Below, piece after piece: positions 47,401 to 62,400 of a stretch of DNA of 64,000 bases. Every line of letters starts with the position of its first letter. Position 1 is the stretch's first letter. Below the pieces are notes generated by a model. That model was not told the DNA's origin. It ran no database searches and saw nothing but the letters and a program-made list of their open reading frames with translations. The stretch spans positions 9,982,001 through 10,046,000 of the forward strand of contig OZ024749.1 of the NCBI GenBank assembly GCA_964016885.1, given 5' to 3'. The position numbers and the translations under genes are program-made. The DNA is from Eledone cirrhosa. Taxonomy: Eukaryota.

Positions 47401-50400
47401 CATTCTCCTTCTTTGGGCTTGAGTCAGACTTTAGACCCAGTCCTCACTCTCCTTCTTGGGGCTTGAGTCATACTTTAGACCCAGTCCTCACTCTCCTTCT
47501 TGGGGCTTGAGTCAGACTTTAGACCCAGTCCTCACTCTCCTCCTTGGGGCTTGAGCTATACTTTACACCCAGTCCTCACTCTTCTCCTTGGGGCTTGAGT
47601 CAGACTTTAGACCCAGTCCTCACCCTCCTCCTTGGCGCTTGAATTAAACTTTAGACTTTAGACCCAGTCCTCATTCTCCTTCTTTGGGCTTGAGTCAGAC
47701 TTTAGACCCAGTCCTCACTCTCCTTCTTGGGGCTTGAGTCATACTTTAGACCCAGTCCTCACTCTCCTTCTTGGGGCTTGAGTCAGACTTTAGACCCAGT
47801 CCTCACTCTCCTCCTTGGGGCTTGAGTTAGACTTTAGATCCAGTCCTCACTCTCCTCTTTGGGGCTTGAGTCAGAATTTAGACCCAGTCCTCACTCTCCT
47901 CCTTGGGGATTGAGTTAGACTTTAGACCCAGTCCTCATTCTCCTCCTTGGGGCTTGAGTTAGACTTTAGACCCAGTCCTCACTCTCCTTGGGGCTTGAGT
48001 CAGACTTTAGACCCAGTTCTCACTCTCCTCCTTGGGGCTTGAGTTAGATTTAGACTGAGTCCTCACTCTCCTTCTTGGGGCTTGAGTCAGACTTTAGACT
48101 TTAGACCCAGTCCTCACTCTCCTCCTTGGGGCTTGAGTCAGACTTTAGACTTTAGACCCAGTCCTCACTCTCCTCCTTGAGGCTTGAGTCAGGCTTTAGA
48201 CTTTAGACCCAGTCCCCACTCTCCTCCTTGGGGTTTGAGTCAGACTTTAGACCCAGTCCTCACTCTCCTCCTTGGGGCTTGAGCTAGACTTTAAACCCAG
48301 TCCTCACTCTCCTCCTTGGGGCTTGAGTTAGACTTTAGACCCAGTCCTCACTCTCCTTCTTGGGGCTTGAGTCAGACTTTAGACCCAGTCCTCACTCTCC
48401 TCCTTGGGGTTTGAGTCAGACTTTAGACCCAGTCCTCACTCTCCTTGCGGCTTGAGTCAGATTTTAGACTCAGTCCACACTCTCCTTGGGGCTTGAGTGA
48501 GACTTTAGATCCAGTCCTCACTCTCTTCGTTGGGGCTTGAGTCAGACTTTAGACCCAGTCCGCACTCTCCTCCTTGGGGCTTGAGTTAGACTTTAGACCC
48601 GGTCCTCACTCTCCTCCTTGGAACTTGAGCCAGACTTTAGACCCAATCCTCACTCTCCTCCTTGGGGCTTGAGTCAGACTTTAGACCCAGTCCTCACTCT
48701 CCTTCTTGGGGCTTCAGTCAGACTTTAGACTTTAGACCCAGTCCTCACTCTCCTTCTTGGGGCTTGAGTCAGACTTTAGACCCAGTCCTCACTCTCCTCC
48801 TTGGGGCTTGAGTTAGACTTTAGACCCAGTCCTCACTCTCCTCCTTGGGGCTTAAGTCAGACTTTAGACCCAGTCCTCACTCTCCTCCTTGGGGCTTGAG
48901 TCAGACTTTAGACCCAGTCTTCACTCTCCTCCTTGGGGCTTGAGATAGACTTTAGACTCAGTCCTCACTCTCCTCCTTGGGGCTTGAGTCGGACTTTAGA
49001 CCCAGTCCTCACTCTCCTCCTTGGGGCTTGAGTTAGATTTTAGACCCAGTCCTCACTCTCCTCCTTGGGGCTTGAGTCAGACTTTAGACCCAGTCCTCAC
49101 CCTCCTCCTTGGGGCTTGAATTAAACTTTAGACTTTAGACCCAGTCCTCACTCTCCTTCTTGGGGCTTGAGTCAGACTTTAGACCCAGTCCTCACTCTCC
49201 TTCTTGGGGCTTGAGTCATACTTTAGACCCAGTCCTCACTCTCCTTCTTGGGGCTTGAGTCAGACTTTAGACCCAGTCCTCACTCTCCTCCTTGGGGTTT
49301 GAGTCAGACTTTAGACCCAGTCCTCACTCTCCTTGCGGCTTGAGTCAGATTTTAGACTCAGTCCACACTCTCCTTGGGGCTTGAGTGAGGCTTTAGATCC
49401 GGTCCTCACTCTCTTCGTTGGGGCTTGAGTCAGACTTTAGACCCAGTCCGCACTCTCCTCCTTGGGGCTTGAGTTAGACTTTAGACCCGGTCCTCACTCT
49501 CCTCCTTGGAACTTGAGCCAGACTTTAGACCCAATCCTCACTCTCCTCCTTGGGGCTTGAGTCAGACTTTAGACCCAGTCCTCACTCTCCTTCTTGGGCC
49601 TTCAGTCAGACTTTAGACTTTAGACCCAGTCCTCACTCTCCTTCTTGGGGCTTGAGTCAGACTTTAGACCCAGTCCTCACTCTCCTCCTTGGGGCTTGAG
49701 TTAGACTTTAGACCCAGTCCTCACTCTCCTCCTTGGGGCTTAAGTCAGACTTTAGACCCAGTCCTCACTCTCCTCCTTGGGGCTTGAGTCAGACTTTAGA
49801 CCCAGTCTTCACTCTCCTCCTTGGGGCTTGAGTTAGACTTTAGACTCAGTCCTCACTCTCCTTCTTGGGGCTTGACTAAGACTTTAGACCCAGTCCTCAC
49901 TCTCCTCCTTGGGGCTTGAGCCAGACTTTACACCCAGTCCTCACTCTCCTTCTTGGGGCTTGAGTTAGACTTTAGACTCAGTCCTCACTCTCCTTCTTGG
50001 GGCTTGACTCAGACTTTAGACCCAGTCCTCACTCTCCTCCTTGGAACTTGAGCCAGACTTTAGACCCAATCCTCACTCTCCTCCTTGGGGCTTGAGTCAG
50101 ACTTTAGACCCAGTCCTCACTCTCCTTCTTGGGGATTCAGTCAGACTTTAGACTTTAGACCCAGTCCTCACTCTCCTTCTTGGGGCTTGAGTCAGACTTT
50201 AGACCCAGTCCTCACTCTCCTCCTTGGGGCTTGAGTTAGACTTTAGACCCAGTCCTCACTCTCCTCCTTGGGGCTTAAGTCAGACTTTAGACCCAGTCCT
50301 CACTCTCCTCCTTGGGGCTTGAGTCAGACTTTAGACCCAGTCTTCACTCTCCTCCTTGGGGCTTGAGTTAGACTTTAGACTCAGTCCTCACTCTCCTTCT

Positions 50401-53400
50401 TGGGGCTTGACTCAGACTTTAGACCCAGTCCTCACTCTCCTCCTTGGGGCTTGAGCTAGACTTTACACCCAGTCCTCACTCTTCTCCCTGGGGCTTGAGT
50501 CAGACTTTAGACCCAGTCCTCACCCTCCTCCTTGGGGCTTGAATTAAACTTTAGACTTTAGACCCAGTCCTCACTCTCCTTCTTGGGGCTTGAGTCAGAC
50601 TTTAGACCCAGTCCTCACTCTCCTTCTTGGGGCTTGAGTCATACTTTAGACCCAGTCCTCACTCTCCATCTTGGGGCTTGAGTCAGACTTTAGACCCAGT
50701 CCTCACTCTCCTTCTTGGGGCTAGAGTCAGACTTTAGACCCAGTCCTCACTCTCCTCCTTGGAGCTTGAGTTAGACATTTGACCCAGTCCTCACTCTCCT
50801 CCTTGGGGCTTGAGTCAGACTTTAGACCCAGTCCTCACTCTCCTCCTTCGGGCTTGAGTTAGACTTTAGACCCAGTCCTCATACTCCTCCTTGGGGCTTG
50901 AGTCAGACTTTAGACCCAGTCCTCACTCTCCTCCTTGGGGCTTGAGTCAGACTTGAGACCCAGTCCTCACTCTCCTCCTTGGGGCTTGAGTCAGAATTTA
51001 GACCCAGTCCTCACTCTCCTCCTTGGGGATTGAGTTAGACTTTAGACCCACTCCTCACTCTCCTCCTTGGGGCTTGAGTTAAACTTTAGACCCAGTCCTC
51101 ACTCTCCTTGGGGCTTGAGTCAGACTTTAGACCCATTCCTCACTCTCCTTCTTGGGGCTTGAGTCAGACTTTAAACTTTAGACCCAGTCCTCACTCTCCT
51201 TGGGACTTGAGCCAGACTTTAGACCCAGTCCTCGCTCCTCCTTCGGGCTTTAATCAGATTTTAGACCCAGTCCTCATTCTCCTTCTTGGGGTTTGAGTCA
51301 GACTTTAGACTTTAGACCCAGTCCTCACTCTCCTCCTTGGGGCTTGAGCTAGACTTTAGACCCATTCCTCACTCTCCTCCTTGGGGCTTGAGTCACACTT
51401 TAGACCCAGTCCTCACTCTCCTCCTTGGGGCTTGAGTTAGACTTTAGACCCAGTCCTCACTCTCCTCCTTGGGGCTTAAGTCAGACTTTAGACCCAGTCC
51501 TCACTCTCCTCCTTGGGGCTTGAGTCAGACTTTAGACCCAGTCTTCACTCTCCTCCTTGGGGCTTGAGTTAGACTTTAGACTCAGTCCTCACTCTCCTTC
51601 TTGGGGCTTGACTCAGACTTTAGACCCAGTCCTCACTCTCCTCCTTGGGGCTTGAGCTAGACTTTACACCCAGTCCTCACTCTTCTCCCTGGGGCTCGAG
51701 TCAGACTTTAGACCCAGTCCTCACCCTCCTCCTTGGGGCTTGAATTAAACTTTAGACTTTAGACCCAGTCCTCACTCTCCTTCTTGGGGCTTGAGTCAGA
51801 CTTTAGACCCAGTCCTCACTCTCCTTCTTGGGGCTTGAGTCATACTTTAGACCCAGTCCTCACTCTCCATCTTGGGGCTTGAGTCAGACTTTAGACCCAG
51901 TCCTCACTCTCCTTCTTGGGGCTAGAGTCAGACTTTAGACCCAGTCCTCACTCTCCTCCTTGGAGCTTGAGTTAGACATTTGACCCAGTCCTCACTCTCC
52001 TCCTTGGGGCTTGAGTCAGACTTTAGACCCAGTCCTCACTCTCCTCCTTCGGGCTTGAGTTAGACTTTAGACCCAGTCCTCATACTCCTCCTTGGGGCTT
52101 GAGTCAGACTTTAGACCCAGTCCTCACTCTCCTCCTTGGGGCTTGAGTCAGACTTGAGACCCAGTCCTCACTCTCCTCCTTGGGGCTTGAGTCAGAATTT
52201 AGACCCAGTCCTCACTCTCCTCCTTGGGGATTGAGTTAGACTTTAGACCCACTCCTCACTCTCCTCCTTGGGGCTTGAGTTAAACTTTAGACCCAGTCCT
52301 CACTCTCCTTGGGGCTTGAGTCAGACTTTAGACCCATTCCTCACTCTCCTTCTTGGGGCTTGAGTCAGACTTTAAACTTTAGACCCAGTCCTCACTCTCC
52401 TTGGGACTTGAGCCAGACTTTAGACCCAGTCCTCGCTCCTCCTTCGGGCTTTAATCAGATTTTAGACCCAGTCCTCATTCTCCTTCTTGGGGTTTGAGTC
52501 AGACTTTAGACTTTAGACCCAGTCCTCACTCTCCTCCTTGGGGCTTGAGCTAGACTTTAGACCCATTCCTCACTCTCCTCCTTGGGGCTTGAGTCACACT
52601 TTAGACCCAGTCCTCACTCTCCTCCTTGGGGCTTGAGTCAGACTTTAGACCCACTCCTCACTCCTCCTTCGGGCTTTAATCAGATTTTAGACCCAGTCCT
52701 CATTCTCCTTCTTGGGGTTTGAGTCAGACTTTAGACTTTAGACCCAGGCCTCACTCTCCTCCTTCGGGCTTTAATCAGATTTTAGACTCAGTCCTCACTC
52801 TCCTTCTTGGGGTTTGAGTCAGACTTTAGACTTTAGACCCAGTCCTCACTCTCCTCCTTGGGGCTTGAGCTAGACTTTAGACCCATTCCTCACTCTCCTC
52901 CTTGGGGCTTGAGTCACACTTTAGACCCAGTCCTCACTCTCCTCCTTGGGGCTTGAGCTAGACTTTAGACCCATTCCTCACTCTCCTCTTTGGGGCTTGA
53001 GTCAGACTTTAGACCCAATCCTCACTCTCCTCCTTGGGGCTTGAGTCAGCCTTTAGACTTCAGACCCAGTCCTCACTCTCCTCCTTGAGGCTTGAGTCAG
53101 GCTTTAGACTTTAGACCGAGTCCCCACTCTCCTCCTTGGGGTTTGAGTCAGACTTTAGACCCAGTCCTCACTCTCCTCCTTGGGGTTGAGTTAGACTTTA
53201 GACTCAGTCCTCATACTCCTCCTTGGGGCTTGAGTCACACTTTAGACCCAGTCCTCGCTCTCCTCCTTGGGACTTCGCCAGACTTTAGACCCAGTCCTCA
53301 CTCTCCTCTTTGGGGCTTGGGTTAGACATTAGACCCAGTCCTCACTCTCCTTCTTGGGGCTTGAGTCAGACTTTAGACCCAATCCTCACTCTCCTCCTTG

Positions 53401-56400
53401 GGGCTTTAATCAGATTTTAGACCCAGTCCTCATTCTCCTTCTTGGGGCTTGAGTCAGACTTTAGACCCAGTCCTCACGCTCCTCCTTGGGGCTTGAGTCA
53501 GATTTTAGACCCAGTCTTCACACTCCTCCTTGGGGCTTGAGTTAGACTTTAGACTCAGTCCTCACTCTCCTTCTTGGGGCTTGACTCAGACTTTAGATTT
53601 TATACCCAGTCCTCACTCTCCTCCTTGGGACTTGAGCTAGACTTTAGACCCAGTCCTCACTCTCCTTCTTGGGGCTTGAGTCAGACTTTAGACCCAGTCC
53701 TCACTCTCCTCCTTGGGGCTTGAGTTAGACTTTAGACCCAGTCGTCACTCTCCTCCTTGGGGCTTGAGTCAAACTTTAGACCCACTCCTCACTCTCCTCC
53801 TTGGGGTTTGAGTCAGACTTTAGAACCAGTCCTCACTCTCCTTGGGGCTTGAGACAAACTTTAGACCCAGTCCTCACTCTCCTCCTTGGGGCTTGAGTTA
53901 GACTTTAGACCCAGTCCTCATACTCCTCCTTGGGGCTTGAGTCAGACTTTAGACCCAGTCCTCACTCTCCTCCTTGGGGCTTGAGTCAGACTTGAGACCC
54001 AGTCCTCACTCTCCTCCTTGGGGCTTGAGTCAGAATTTAGACCCAGTCCTCACTCTCCTCCTTGGGGATTGAGTTAGACTTTAGACCCACTCCTCACTCT
54101 CCTCCTTGGGGCTTGAGTCAGACTTTAGACTTTAGACCCAGACCTCACTCTCCTCCTTGGGGCTTGAGTTAGATTTAGACTCAGTCCTCACTCTCCTTCT
54201 TGGGGCTTGAGTCAGAATTTAGACCCAGTCCTCACTCTCCTCCTTGGGGATTGAGTTAGACATTTGACCCAGTCCTCACTCTCCTCCTTGGGGCTTGAGT
54301 CAGACTTTAGACCCAGTCCTCACTCTCCTCTTGGGGCTTGAGTCAGACTTTAGACTTTAGACCCAGTCCTCACTCTCCTCTTTGGGGCTTGAGTCAGAAT
54401 TTAGACCCAGTCCTCACTCTCCTACTTGGGGATTGAGTTAGACTTTAGACCCAGTCCTCACTCTCCTCCTTGGGGCTTGAGTTAAACTTTAGACCCAGTC
54501 CTCACTCTCCTTGGGGCTTGAGTCAGACTTTAGACCCAGTCCTCACTCTCCTCCTTGGGGCTTGAGTTAGACTTTAGACCCAGTTCTCACTCTCCTCCTT
54601 GGGGCTTGGGTCAGACTTTAAACTTTAGACCCAGTCCTCACTCTCCTTGGGACTTGAGCCACACTTTAGACCCAGTCCTCGCTCCTCCTTCGGGCTTTAA
54701 TCAGATTTTAGACCCAGTCCTCATTCTCCTTCTTGGGGTTTGAGTCAGACTTTAGACTTTAGACCCAGTCCTCACTCTCCTCCTTCGGGCTTTAATCAGA
54801 TTTTAGACTCAGTCCTCACTCTCCTTCTTGGGGTTTGAGTCAGACTTTAGACTTTAGACCCAGTCCTCACTCTCCTCCTTGGGGCTTGAGCTAGACTTTA
54901 GACACATTCCTCACTCTCCTCCTTGGGGCTTGAGTCACACTTTAGACCCAGTCCTCACTCTCCTCCTTGGGGCTTGAGTCAGACTTTAGACCCAGTCCTC
55001 ACTCCTCCTTCGGGCTTTAATCAGATTTTAGACCCAGTCCTCATTCTCCTTCTTGGGGTTTGAGTCAGACTTTAGACTTTACACCCAGTCCTCACTCTCC
55101 TCCTTCGGGCTTTAATCAGATTTTAGACACAGTCCTCACTCTCCTTCTTGGGGTTTGAGTCAGACTTTAGACTTTAGACCCAGTCCTCACTCTCCTCCTT
55201 GGGGCTTGAGCTAGACTTTAGACCCATTCCTCACTCTCCTCTTTCGGGCTTGAGTCAGACTTTAGACCCAGTCCTCACTCTCCTCCTTGGGGCTTGAGTC
55301 AGACTTTAGACCCAGTCCTCACTCTCCTCCTTGGAGCTTGAGTTAGACTTTTGACCCAGTCCTGACTCTCCTCCTTGGGGCTTGAGTCAGACTTTAGACC
55401 CAGTCCTCACTCTCCTCCTTGGGGCTTGAGTCAGACTTTAGACTTCAGACCCAGTCCTCACTCTCCTCCTTGAGGCTTGAGTCAGGCTTTAGACTTTAGA
55501 CCCAGTCCCCACTCTCCTCCTTGGGGTTTGAGTCAGACTTTAGACCCAGTCCTCACTCTCCTCCTTGGGGCTTGAGTTAGACTTTAGACTCAGTCCTCAT
55601 ACTCCTCCTTGGGGCTTGAGTCAGACTTTAGACCCAGTCCTCACTCTCCTCCTTGGGACTTCGCCAGACTTTAGACCCAGTCCTCACTCTCCTCTTTGGG
55701 GCTTGGGTTAGACATTAGACCCAGTCCTCACTCTCCTTCTTGGGGCTTGAGTCAGACTTTAGACCCAATCCTCACTCTCCTCCTTGGGGCTTTAATCAGA
55801 TTTTAGACCCAGTCCTCATTCTCCTTCTTGGGGCTTGAGTCAGACTTTAGACCCAGTCTTCACTCTCCTCCTTGGGGCTTGAGTTAGACTTTAGACTCAG
55901 TCCTCACTCTCCTTCTTGGGGCTTGAGCTAGACTTTAGACCCAGTCCTCACTCTTCTCCTTGGGGCTTGAGTTAGACTTTAGACCCAGTCCTCACTCTCC
56001 TTCTTGGGGCTTGAGTCAGACTTTAGACCCAGTCCTCACTCTCCTCCTTGGGGCTTGAGTTAGACTTTAGACCCAGTCCTCACTCTCCTCCTTGGGGCTT
56101 GAGTCAAACTTTAGACCCACTCCTCACTCTCCTCCTTGGGGTTTGAGTCAGATTTTAGAACCAGTCCTCACTCTCCTTGGGGCTTGAGTCAAACTATAGA
56201 CCCAGTCCTCACTCTCCTCCTTGGGGCTTGAGTTAGACTTTAGACCCAGTCCTCATACTCCTTCTTGGGGCTTGAGTCAGACTTTAGACCCAGTACTCAC
56301 TCTCCTCCTTGGGGCTTGAGTCAGACTTGAGACCCAGTCCTCACTCTCCTCCTTGGGGCTTGAGTCAGACTTTAGACTTTAGACCCAGACCTCACTCTCC

Positions 56401-59400
56401 TCCTTGGGGCTTGAGTTAGATTTAGACTCAGTCCTCACTCTCCTTCTTGGGGCTTGAGTCAGAATTTAGACCCAGTCCTCACTCTCCTCCTTGGGGATTG
56501 AGTTAGACATTTGACCCAGTCCTCACTCTCCTCCTTGGGGCTTGAGTCAGACTTTAGACCCAGTCCTCACTCTCCTCTTGGGGCTTGAGTCAGACTTTAG
56601 ACTTTAGACCCAGTCCTCACTCTCCTCTTTGGGGCTTGAGTCAGAATTTAGACCCAGTCCTCACTCTCCTACTTGGGGATAGAGTTAGACTTTAGACCCA
56701 GTCCTCACTCTCCTCCTTGGGGCCTGAGTTAAACTTTAGACCCAGTCCTCACTCTCCTTGGGGCTTGAGTCAGACTTTAGACCCAGTCCTCACTCTCCTC
56801 CTTGGGGCTTGAGTTAGACTTTAGACCCAGTCCTCACTCTCCTCCTTGGGGCTTGGGTCAGACTTTAAACTTTAGACCCAGTCCTCACTCTCCTTGGGAC
56901 TTGAGCCAGACTTTAGACCCAGTCCTCGCTCCTCCTTCGGGCTTTAATCAGATTGTAGACCCAGTCCTCATTCTCCTTCTTGGGGTTTGAGTCAGACTTT
57001 AGACCCAGTCCTCACTCTCCTCCTTCGGGCTTTAATCAGATTTTAGACTCAGTCCTCACTCTCCTCCTTGGGGCTTGAGTTAGACTTTAGACCCAGTCCT
57101 CACTCTCCTCCTTGGGGCTTGAGTCAGACTTGAGACCCAGTCCTCACTCTCCTCCTTGGGGCTTGAGTTAGAATTTAGACCCAGTCCTCACTCTCCTCCT
57201 TGGGGATTGAGTTAGACTTTAGACCCACTCCTCACTCTCTTCCTTGGGGCTTGAGTCAGACTTTAGAACCAGTCCTCACTCTCCTTGGGGCTTGAGTCAG
57301 ACTTTAGACCCAGTCCTCACTCTCCTCCTTGGGGCTTGAGCTAGACTTTAAACCCAGTCCTCACTCTCCTCCTTGGGGCTTGAGTTAGACTTTAGACCCA
57401 GTCCTCACTCTCCTCCTTGGGGCTTGAGTCAGACTTTAGACCCAGTCCTCACTCTCCTCCTTGGGGCTTGAGTTAGACTTTAGACCCAGTCCTCACTCTC
57501 CTTCTTGTGGCTTGAGTCAGACTTTAGACCCAGTCCTCACTCTCCTCCTTGGGGCTTGAATTAAACTTTAGACTTTAGACCCAGTCCTCACTCTCCTTCT
57601 TGGGGCTTGAGTCAGACTTTAGACCCAGTCCTCACTCTCCTTCTTGGGGCTTGAGTCATACTTTAGACCCAGTCCTCACTCTCCTTCTTGGGGCTTGAGT
57701 CAGACTTTAGACCCAGTCCTCACTCTCCTCCTTGGTGTTTGAGTCAGACTTTAGACCCAGTCCTCACTCTCCTTGCGGCTTGAGTCAGATTTTAGACTCA
57801 GTCCACACTCTCCTTGGGGCTTGAGTGAGGCTTTAGATCCGGTCCTCACTCTCTTCGTTGGGGCTTGAGTCAGACTTTAGACCCAGTCCGCACTCTCCTC
57901 CTTGGGGCTTGAGTTAGACTTTAGACCCGGTCCTCACTCTCCTCCTTGGAACTTGAGCCAGACTTTAGACCCAATGCTCACTCTCCTCCTTGGGGCTTGA
58001 GTCAGACTTTAGACCCAGTCCTCACTCTCCTTCTTGGGGCTTCAGTCAGACTTTAGACTTTAGACCCAGTCCTCACTCTCCTTCTTGGGGCTTGAGTCAG
58101 ACTTTAGACCCAGTCCTCACTCTCCTCCTTGGGGCTTGAGTTACACTATAGACCCAGTCCTCACTCTCCTCCTTGGGGCTTAAGTCAGACTTTAGACCCA
58201 GTCCTCACTCTCCTCCTTGGGGCTTGAGTCAGACTTTAGACCCAGTCTTCACTCTCCTCCTTGGGGCTTGAGTTAGACTTTAGACTCAGTCCTCACTCTC
58301 CTTCTTGGGGCTTGACTCAGACTTTAGACCCAGTCCTCACTCTCCTCCTTGGGGCTTGAGCTAGACTTTACACCCAGTCCTCACTCTTCTCCTTGGGGCT
58401 TGAGTCAGACTTTAGACCCAGTCCTCACCCTCCTCCTTGGGGCTTGAATTAAACTTTAGACTTTAGACCCAGTCCTCACTCTCCTTCTTGGGGCTTGAGT
58501 CAGACTTTAGACCCAGTCCTCACTCTCCTTCTTGGGGCTTGAGTCATACTTTAGACCCAGTCCTCACTCTCCATCTTGGGGCTTGAGTCAGACTTTAGAC
58601 CCAGTCCTCACTCTCCTTCTTGGGGCTAGAGTCAGACTTTAGACCCAGTCCTCACTCTCCTCCTTGGAGCTTGAGTTAGACATTTGACCCAGTCCTCACT
58701 CTCCTCCTTGGGGCTTGAGTCAGACTTGAGACCCAGTCCTCACTCTCCTCCTTGGGGCTTGAGTCAGAATTTAGACCCAGTCCTCACTCTCCTCCTTGGG
58801 GATTGAGTCAGACTTTAGACCCAGTCCTCGCTCCTCCTTCGGGCTTTAATCAGATTTTAGACCCAGTCCTCATTCTCCTTCTTGGGGTTTGAGTCAGACT
58901 TTAGACTTTAGACCCAGTCCTCACTCTCCTCCTTCGGGCTTTAATCAGATTTTAGACTCAGTCCTCACTCTCCTTCTTGGGGTTTGAGTCAGACTTTAGA
59001 CTTTAGACCCAGTCCTCACTCTCCTCCTTGGGGCTTGAGCTAGACTTTAGACACATTCCTCACTCTCCTCCTTGGGGCTTGAGTCACACTTTAGACCCAG
59101 TCCTCACTCTCCTCCTTGGGGCTTGAGTCAGACTTTAGACCCAGTCCTCACTCCTCCTTCGGGCTTTAATCAGATTTTAGACCCAGTCCTCATTCTCCTT
59201 CTTGGGGTTTGAGTCAGACTTTAGACTTTACACCCAGTCCTCACTCTCCTCCTTCGGGCTTTAATCAGATTTTAGACACAGTCCTCACTCTCCTTCTTGG
59301 GGTTTGAGTCAGACTTTAGACTTTAGACCCAGTCCTCACTCTCCTCCTTGGGGCTTGAGCTAGACTTTAGACCCATTCCTCACTCTCCTCTTTCGGGCTT

Positions 59401-62400
59401 GAGTCAGACTTTAGACCCAGTCCTCACTCTCCTCCTTGGGGCTTGAGTCAGACTTTAGACCCAGTCCTCACTCTCCTCCTTGGAGCTTGAGTTAGACTTT
59501 TGACCCAGTCCTGACTCTCCTCCTTGGGGCTTGAGTCAGACTTTAGACCCAGTCCTCACTCTCCTCCTTGGGGCTTGAGTCAGACTTTAGACTTCAGACC
59601 CAGTCCTCACTCTCCTCCTTGAGGCTTGAGTCAGGCTTTAGACTTTAGACCCAGTCCCCACTCTCCTCCTTGGGGTTTGAGTCAGACTTTAGACCCAGTC
59701 CTCACTCTCCTCCTTGGGGCTTGAGTTAGACTTTAGACTCAGTCCTCATACTCCTCCTTGGGGCTTGAGTCAGACTTTAGACCCAGTCCTCACTCTCCTC
59801 CTTGGGACTTCGCCAGACTTTAGACCCAGTCCTCACTCTCCTCTTTGGGGCTTGGGTTAGACATTAGACCCAGTCCTCACTCTCCTTCTTGGGGCTTGAG
59901 TCAGACTTTAGACCCAATCCTCACTCTCCTCCTTGGGGCTTTAATCAGATTTTAGACCCAGTCCTCATTCTCCTTCTTGGGGCTTGAGTCAGACTTTAGA
60001 CCCAGTCTTCACTCTCCTCCTTGGGGCTTGAGTTAGACTTTAGACTCAGTCCTCACTCTCCTTCTTGGGGCTTGAGCTAGACTTTAGACCCAGTCCTCAC
60101 TCTTCTCCTTGGGGCTTGAGTTAGACTTTAGACCCAGTCCTCACTCTCCTTCTTGGGGCTTGAGTCAGACTTTAGACCCAGTCCTCACTCTCCTCCTTGG
60201 GGCTTGAGTTAGACTTTAGACCCAGTCCTCACTCTCCTCCTTGGGGCTTGAGTCAAACTTTAGACCCACTCCTCACTCTCCTCCTTGGGGTTTGAGTCAG
60301 ATTTTAGAACCAGTCCTCACTCTCCTTGGGGCTTGAGTCAAACTATAGACCCAGTCCTCACTCTCCTCCTTGGGGCTTGAGTTAGACTTTAGACCCAGTC
60401 CTCATACTCCTTCTTGGGGCTTGAGTCAGACTTTAGACCCAGTACTCACTCTCCTCCTTGGGGCTTGAGTCAGACTTGAGACCCAGTCCTCACTCTCCTC
60501 CTTGGGGCTTGAGTCAGACTTTAGACTTTAGACCCAGACCTCACTCTCCTCCTTGGGGCTTGAGTTAGATTTAGACTCAGTCCTCACTCTCCTTCTTGGG
60601 GCTTGAGTCAGAATTTAGACCCAGTCCTCACTCTCCTCCTTGGGGATTGAGTTAGACATTTGACCCAGTCCTCACTCTCCTCCTTGGGGCTTGAGTCAGA
60701 CTTTAGACCCAGTCCTCACTCTCCTCTTGGGGCTTGAGTCAGACTTTAGACTTTAGACCCAGTCCTCACTCTCCTCTTTGGGGCTTGAGTCAGAATTTAG
60801 ACCCAGTCCTCACTCTCCTACTTGGGGATAGAGTTAGACTTTAGACCCAGTCCTCACTCTCCTCCTTGGGGCCTGAGTTAAACTTTAGACCCAGTCCTCA
60901 CTCTCCTTGGGGCTTGAGTCAGACTTTAGACCCAGTCCTCACTCTCCTCCTTGGGGCTTGAGTTAGACTTTAGACCCAGTCCTCACTCTCCTCCTTGGGG
61001 CTTGGGTCAGACTTTAAACTTTAGACCCAGTCCTCACTCTCCTTGGGACTTGAGCCAGACTTTAGACCCAGTCCTCGCTCCTCCTTCGGGCTTTAATCAG
61101 ATTGTAGACCCAGTCCTCATTCTCCTTCTTGGGGTTTGAGTCAGACTTTAGACCCAGTCCTCACTCTCCTCCTTCGGGCTTTAATCAGATTTTAGACTCA
61201 GTCCTCACTCTCCTCCTTGGGGCTTGAGTTAGACTTTAGACCCAGTCCTCACTCTCCTCCTTGGGGCTTGAGTCAGACTTGAGACCCAGTCCTCACTCTC
61301 CTCCTTGGGGCTTGAGTTAGAATTTAGACCCAGTCCTCACTCTCCTCCTTGGGGATTGAGTTAGACTTTAGACCCACTCCTCACTCTCTTCCTTGGGGCT
61401 TGAGTCAGACTTTAGAACCAGTCCTCACTCTCCTTGGGGCTTGAGTCAGACTTTAGACCCAGTCCTCACTCTCCTCCTTGGGGCTTGAGCTAGACTTTAA
61501 ACCCAGTCCTCACTCTCCTCCTTGGGGCTTGAGTTAGACTTTAGACCCAGTCCTCACTCTCCTCCTTGGGGCTTGAGTCAGACTTTAGACCCAGTCCTCA
61601 CTCTCCTCCTTGGGGCTTGAGTTAGACTTTAGACCCAGTCCTCACTCTCCTTCTTGTGGCTTGAGTCAGACTTTAGACCCAGTCCTCACTCTCCTCCTTG
61701 GGGCTTGAATTAAACTTTAGACTTTAGACCCAGTCCTCACTCTCCTTCTTGGGGCTTGAGTCAGACTTTAGACCCAGTCCTCACTCTCCTTCTTGGGGCT
61801 TGAGTCATACTTTAGACCCAGTCCTCACTCTCCTTCTTGGGGCTTGAGTCAGACTTTAGACCCAGTCCTCACTCTCCTCCTTGGTGTTTGAGTCAGACTT
61901 TAGACCCAGTCCTCACTCTCCTTGCGGCTTGAGTCAGATTTTAGACTCAGTCCACACTCTCCTTGGGGCTTGAGTGAGGCTTTAGATCCGGTCCTCACTC
62001 TCTTCGTTGGGGCTTGAGTCAGACTTTAGACCCAGTCCGCACTCTCCTCCTTGGGGCTTGAGTTAGACTTTAGACCCGGTCCTCACTCTCCTCCTTGGAA
62101 CTTGAGCCAGACTTTAGACCCAATGCTCACTCTCCTCCTTGGGGCTTGAGTCAGACTTTAGACCCAGTCCTCACTCTCCTTCTTGGGGCTTCAGTCAGAC
62201 TTTAGACTTTAGACCCAGTCCTCACTCTCCTTCTTGGGGCTTGAGTCAGACTTTAGACCCAGTCCTCACTCTCCTCCTTGGGGCTTGAGTTACACTATAG
62301 ACCCAGTCCTCACTCTCCTCCTTGGGGCTTAAGTCAGACTTTAGACCCAGTCCTCACTCTCCTCCTTGGGGCTTGAGTCAGACTTTAGACCCAGTCTTCA